Both the position numbers and the translations under genes were made by a program. Positions 30,929 to 35,094 of a stretch of 35,094 nucleotides of DNA are shown here, piece after piece; within the stretch, counting starts at the first letter, position 1; each line of letters starts with the position of its first letter. The notes beneath the pieces were generated by a model that worked only from the letters and a program-made list of their open reading frames with translations, made no database searches and had not been told where the DNA came from. The stretch is from Desulfatitalea sp. (GTDB taxonomy: Bacteria > Desulfobacterota > Desulfobacteria > Desulfobacterales > Desulfosarcinaceae): positions 1 through 35,094 of the forward strand of contig JAGTVD010000429.1 in assembly GCA_018224505.1 (NCBI GenBank), in the 5' to 3' direction.

Positions 30929-30960
30929 TTAAGAGCCAGACGGCAAACGGCTGACATTTG

Positions 30961-31908
30961 TCAGCGGCCTTGCCGGTACCAATCAAACGTGCGGCGCAAG
31001 CCTTCCTCAAAACGCACCTCGGGCTGAAAACCCAAAATCTCCCTGGCCCGTTGAATGCTGGACAGGGAGTGCAAAATATCGCCCATCCGGGAATTGCCGT
31101 ATTGGACCCCCACCGCGACCCCGGCCAAGGCAGCGATGCTTTGCCAAAGCGCGTTGATGGCCACCGACTGGCTGGTGCCCACATTGAAAATACGCCCGGG
31201 GGCATCCGCATGGGTCGCCGCGAGCAGGTTGGCCTGCACCACATCCCCCACAAAGACGAAGTCCCTGGTCTGGTTGCCATCCCCATGGATCACGGGCGCC
31301 TGGGCTTGCAGGGCCCGGGACATGAAAATGGAAATCACGCCGGAATAAGGCGAGCTGGGATCCTGGCGCGGCCCATACACATTGAAATAGCGCAGACAAA
31401 CCGCTTCGAGTTCATACAGGCGGCCATAGAGCGCGGCGTAATATTCGTTGGTTAATTTTTGAACGGCATAGGGGCTCATGGGCGCCGGGATCATGGACTC
31501 GGTTTTGGGCAACTGCGGCGCATCGCCATACACGGCACTGGAACTGGCCAGCACCACGCGTCGGACGCCGTGCCGACGGGCCGCATCGAGTACCTGGATG
31601 GTTCCCAAATCGTTCACCCTGGCGGATGTTACCGGATCCTGGACCGTCTGGGTCACCGACACAACGGCCGCTTGATGAAAAACCACATCACAGCCGGGCA
31701 TGCACCGATCCAACGCATCGTCATCACGGATATCGCCCTGGACAAAATCGACCCGATCCCGAACCGAAGCCAGATTCTCGACATGCCCGGTGGTCAGGCT
31801 GTCCAGCACCGTCACCGCGCATCCCGACTGCACCAACGCATCCACCAGATGGGAACCGATGAACCCCGCGCCCCCTGTCACCAGCGCTTTATTAATCTGC
31901 AACCCCAT
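30961..31908 (-). CDS. NAD-dependent epimerase/dehydratase (extended SDR, UDP-hexose/HexNAc 4-epimerase-like)
   Basis: LVTGGAGFIGSHL, ASSSAVYG, catalytic SPYAVQK (YxxxK), LRYFNVYGPRQDPSSPYSGVIS, GDGNQTRDFVFV. Confidence 0.93.
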   Translation of the reverse strand: MGLQINKALVTGGAGFIGSHLVDALVQSGCAVTVLDSLTTGHVENLASVRDRVDFVQGDIRDDDALDRCMPGCDVVFHQAAVVSVTQTVQDPVTSARVNDLGTIQVLDAARRHGVRRVVLASSSAVYGDAPQLPKTESMIPAPMSPYAVQKLTNEYYAALYGRLYELEAVCLRYFNVYGPRQDPSSPYSGVISIFMSRALQAQAPVIHGDGNQTRDFVFVGDVVQANLLAATHADAPGRIFNVGTSQSVAINALWQSIAALAGVAVGVQYGNSRMGDILHSLSSIQRAREILGFQPEVRFEEGLRRTFDWYRQGR

Positions 31909-32110
31909 ACACTCACCCCTCGCAAGGCTGACCCAAAAACCGCATTTATCTCACATGCACCAGCAAAGCACAATCTTGAGCACAATCGCGCAATCCTGCC
32001 CAAACGCCCCACCCCCTTGCCATACCGCGCTATCGTTAGTATGGCACAAAGTGGGCGTCAACTCTTTTTAACAACGAACCGCGACCCCGCGCACGAACAT
32101 AGGTGACCGG

Positions 32111-32308
32111 ATGCCGCCACTCAAACGAATCACTTGCCACAAGTGCCGCCACTACTATGTCACCTGGGAGAGCGCCCATCCCCACGGTTGCCGTGCCTTG
32201 GGATTCAAAAGCAAACACCTGCCCAGTGCGGTAGTGCGCAGCAGTTCCGGAGCGGCGTGTCTCTATTTTGAAGCCAAAACCTTAAAGCCCGCGAGAAAGC
32301 GGCAATGA
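32111..32308 (+). CDS. Small Cys-rich protein (CxxC..YYVTWE...GC..GFKS..P......SG..C..F); putative metal-binding
   Basis: 65 aa, AGGTGA RBS, four Cys in a pattern I recognise from small proteins often labelled 'uracil-DNA glycosylase', although it is too short to be a UDG. Confidence 0.75.
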   Translation: MPPLKRITCHKCRHYYVTWESAHPHGCRALGFKSKHLPSAVVRSSSGAACLYFEAKTLKPARKRQ

Positions 32309-32464
32309 GGGCCTAACCGGACATCGCGGGTGACAATTCGTGCAAGGTGCACTATTTTCAAGGATATGTTTAAGTCGTTGGACGGTTTGAATCGTAACCA
32401 TCCATGAAGCCATTTACCGATGAACACGAACGATAATTCGCGCGCATCCAGGAGTGACCTGGTC

Positions 32465-32707
32465 ATGACCGAAACACCCCCCACCATCGATCTAAGACTT
32501 TTTGCCACCTTTGCGTCCCGCAGCCCGGCGAATGCCTCCCGGTACCCCATCGCGTCCGGCATGACCGTCGCCCAAGTGATAGACACCCTGGAGATTCCTG
32601 CTGCCGAAGTAAAGTTGATTTTCATCAACGGCGTGCGGGTCCAGCCTGATGCCCAAGTGCATGGCGGTGAACGGGTGGGCCTGTTTCCGCCGGTAGGTGG
32701 AGGATAA
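32465..32707 (+). CDS. MoaD/ThiS family sulfur-carrier (ubiquitin-like) protein
   Basis: LRLFATF, LIFINGV, C-terminal GLFPPVGGG; ATG 32465 follows AGGAG. Confidence 0.9.
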   Translation: MTETPPTIDLRLFATFASRSPANASRYPIASGMTVAQVIDTLEIPAAEVKLIFINGVRVQPDAQVHGGERVGLFPPVGGG

Positions 32708-32711
32708 CACG

Positions 32712-33575
32712 ATGCCCCGACACCTGGCGGAAGCAATTACCGCCCGCATCGACCCCGGCGTTGCCCCCGATGGTGCGCCCCGGCCAACCTTGTCCCTGGC
32801 CCATGTGCATCGGATCGCCAGAGAAACCGGGACGCATGTCCGGCAGGTGGAACTGGCCGCACTGCACGCCGGGGTCACGCCTGAACGCTACCTGCGCAAC
32901 CGGCAAACCTACGACATCCCCGACCAGATACGATTGCTCGAGGCCCGTGCTGCGGTGGTGGGGTTGGGGGGGCTGGGAGGAACCGTGATCGAAATTCTGG
33001 CCCGGGCGGGCGTGGGGGCACTGGTGCTCATCGACGGCGACCGCTTCGAAGCGCACAACCTGAACCGCCAGTTGCTCTGTACCGAAGCTTATATGGGCAC
33101 CTCCAAGGCAACCATCGCCGCACAACGCGTGGCGGCGATCAACGACGCGGTTCAAGCGACGACCCACACCACCTTTCTGACAGAAGAGAACGCCCGCGAT
33201 CTGATCGCTGAATGCCAGGTTGTGGTGGACTGCCTGGACACCATCGAAACCCGCTTCATTGTGGAACAGGCCGCACGTGAAGCCGGCATCCCCATGATTT
33301 CAGCAGCCGTAGCCGGCCTGACCGGCCACGTGACCACCATCTTTCCCGGGGACCGCGGCCTGGAGATGGTCCACGGCCCACGCCACCACCTGAAAAGCGC
33401 CAAAGGTGCCGAAGCAGTACTGGGCAACCTGCCCCAAACAGTCGTCATGGCCGCCGCCATGGAGTGTTCCGAGGCCCTGAAGGTGCTCACATGCCGAACC
33501 GGGCCATCGCTGCGCAACAAGTTATGGATCATGGATCTGACCGACAACACGTTCGAAGTACTCTCCCTGGTTTAA
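32712..33575 (+). CDS. HesA/MoeB/ThiF family E1-like adenylyltransferase
   Basis: ERYLRN, VVGLGGLGG, LIDGDRFEAHNLNRQL, K(ATIA), VVDCLD; starts 4 nt after the MoaD-like stop, GGAGG RBS. Confidence 0.9.
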   Translation: MPRHLAEAITARIDPGVAPDGAPRPTLSLAHVHRIARETGTHVRQVELAALHAGVTPERYLRNRQTYDIPDQIRLLEARAAVVGLGGLGGTVIEILARAGVGALVLIDGDRFEAHNLNRQLLCTEAYMGTSKATIAAQRVAAINDAVQATTHTTFLTEENARDLIAECQVVVDCLDTIETRFIVEQAAREAGIPMISAAVAGLTGHVTTIFPGDRGLEMVHGPRHHLKSAKGAEAVLGNLPQTVVMAAAMECSEALKVLTCRTGPSLRNKLWIMDLTDNTFEVLSLV

Positions 33576-33591
33576 GGGCTCGCGAAAAAAT
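33573..33591. repeat. Solo/truncated end of the same MITE family on the thiF-like stop codon
   Basis: TAA-GGGCTCGCGAAAAAAT is identical over 19 nt to the reverse complement of 30913-30931. Confidence 0.75.
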
Positions 33592-33593
33592 CT

Positions 33594-35093
33594 TCAAATC
33601 TCCCGCGCCAGTTCCTCGCCCTCACTCACAGCGTACATCAAGTGACGGGGCTGCTTGGCATCGCCGATGAAATGGACCTCCAGGTTGCGCTTGCGCAGCA
33701 GGTTGGCGGCTTCCCGCAAAGGGGCGAAACGGTCCGCCAGCACGACGGTGTCGAACGGCGCCAGGGTAACCGGTTGACCGTCGGCCGTGAACGAAACCCC
33801 GTCGCCTTCGAACCGCACCACGACCACCTTTTTATAAAGGCGCACCCCCCCCTGGGTGAGCCGTTCGCGCAGGTAATAGCGATCATTGCTGGACATCTCT
33901 TCGCCAAAATGGGCTTTGGGATGCAGCACCACCACTTGTTTGCCCTGGGTGGCCAGATGGTCGGCCAGCACCAGACCGGCCTGATTACCGCCCCACACAA
34001 TTACCTGCCGGCCTGCGACATCCTGCCCGGACAGTACTTCGGTCACCGTACACACCTGCATCCGGGCCTGATACAACCCCTTGAGCATGGGCATCTCGGC
34101 CAGGCTGCCGGTGGCCAGGATCACCAACTCCGGCTGCAATTCGTCCAGCAAGGAATCATCCAGGGGTGTGTTCATCCGGCACGCCACCCCGAGATGCGCC
34201 AACTCGGCCTCGAAGAAGGTCACTAGCTCGGCCAGATCGGCCCGCCCGGGCGGTTTGGCCGCCAAGGCCAGCGCACCGCCCGCTGCCTGCCCTTGCTCGC
34301 ACACGGTCACGGCGTGGCCCCGCAGGGCGGCCATACGCGCCGCCGCCAGACCGGCCGGGCCGGCACCCACCACCAAAACCCGGCGGGAACGGGAAGCATT
34401 CCCGATTTCGCCCAGCTGATATTCGCGGCCCACATCCGGGTTGACCACGCATCCCCCCGGTTCCAATTGCAGCACCGTGTGGATACACCCCAGACAGCAG
34501 CCCACACACGGGCGAATCCGGGACTCCTCTCCTGCGGCAACCTTGTTGGGCCACTGGGGATCGGCCAGCAATGACCGGCCCAGGGCCACCACATCGGCCT
34601 TGCCCTCCTGGAGGATGCGATCCGCCAAAGCAGGAGATTTGATGCGCCCCACCGTCACCACCGGCAGTTGCACCCGGGCCTTGACCGCCGCAGCCAGATC
34701 CACGAAACACCCCTGGGGCACATACATGGAAGGAATGGTCAGCTGCTTGCTGCCATACACACCCGCCGACACATGCAGATAGGCGACCTCCTCCTGCTCC
34801 AGGATCACGGCCAGTCGCAAGGCGTCGTCAAGGGTCCAGCCGTTGTCGATATAGTCCTCGCCGTTGATGCGAATCCCCATCGTGTAATCGGGGCCGCACT
34901 TGCGACGGATATCGGTGATCAGCTCCATCAAGAAACGGATGCGATTCTCGAAAGAGCCGCCATAGTCATCGGTGCGCTGGTTGCTGTTGGGGGCGAAGAA
35001 CTGGTTGATCAGGTAGCCATGGGCAGCATGAATTTCAATGAAGTCGAACCCGGCCGCCTGGCAGCGGCGGGCGGCGTCGCCGAAGGCGCCCAC
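33594..35093 (-). CDS. NADH:flavin oxidoreductase (OYE / 2,4-dienoyl-CoA reductase-like, FMN + Fe-S + FAD), 5' end outside the window
   Basis: AGFDFIEIHAAHGYLINQF, NQRTDDYGGSFENR, GRSLLADP, Fe-S motif CVGCCLGC..CVVNP, FAD motif VVGAGPAGLAAA. Confidence 0.92.
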   Translation of the reverse strand: MGAFGDAARRCQAAGFDFIEIHAAHGYLINQFFAPNSNQRTDDYGGSFENRIRFLMELITDIRRKCGPDYTMGIRINGEDYIDNGWTLDDALRLAVILEQEEVAYLHVSAGVYGSKQLTIPSMYVPQGCFVDLAAAVKARVQLPVVTVGRIKSPALADRILQEGKADVVALGRSLLADPQWPNKVAAGEESRIRPCVGCCLGCIHTVLQLEPGGCVVNPDVGREYQLGEIGNASRSRRVLVVGAGPAGLAAARMAALRGHAVTVCEQGQAAGGALALAAKPPGRADLAELVTFFEAELAHLGVACRMNTPLDDSLLDELQPELVILATGSLAEMPMLKGLYQARMQVCTVTEVLSGQDVAGRQVIVWGGNQAGLVLADHLATQGKQVVVLHPKAHFGEEMSSNDRYYLRERLTQGGVRLYKKVVVVRFEGDGVSFTADGQPVTLAPFDTVVLADRFAPLREAANLLRKRNLEVHFIGDAKQPRHLMYAVSEGEELAREI

Positions 35094-35094
35094 C

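Noticed and set aside
32042-32057. Possible sigma54 promoters (TGGCAC at 32042; TGGCAT near 29767 and 22434)
   Set aside because: The -12 TTGC element is missing or poorly matched at the required spacing.

Overview
A 35-kb window of mostly housekeeping genes from a GC-rich bacterium. Gene content and style (zinc-ribbon/DUF3426 protein next to hpt, PAS/GAF-LuxR regulator, HDOD protein, dapL-lysA, C-terminal GCFI-tagged surface protein) suggest a sulfate-reducing deltaproteobacterium (Desulfobacterales-like); this is an inference. Gene order: partial hypothetical, parE, pcm (with an N-terminal hydrophobic leader), 322-aa helical-repeat hypothetical, tRNA-Met, giant acidic zinc-ribbon membrane protein, hpt, cbpA-like J protein, fetB/fetA-like ABC pair, mnmG, glgP, degenerate EAL-HDOD protein, purF, carB, GNAT, FN3/PKD surface protein, GAF-PAS-LuxR regulator, small membrane protein, dapL, lysA, hypothetical with a recombinase-like C-terminal motif, a 179-bp MITE, NAD-dependent epimerase, small Cys-rich protein, MoaD/ThiS, ThiF/MoeB-like protein and a partial flavin oxidoreductase. 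No CRISPR, rRNA, prophage or transposase was seen. The most interesting items are: (1) a carB-purF operon in which PurF has lost its glutaminase catalytic motifs and no carA is adjacent; (2) a hairpin-forming MITE with a TTA duplication plus a solo end on the thiF stop codon; (3) candidate structured RNA leaders upstream of the surface-protein gene and of hpt; (4) a ZitP/FimV-like acidic protein with a 147-bp repeat expansion; (5) an E1-like enzyme lacking the usual Zn and active-site cysteines next to a ubiquitin-like protein.
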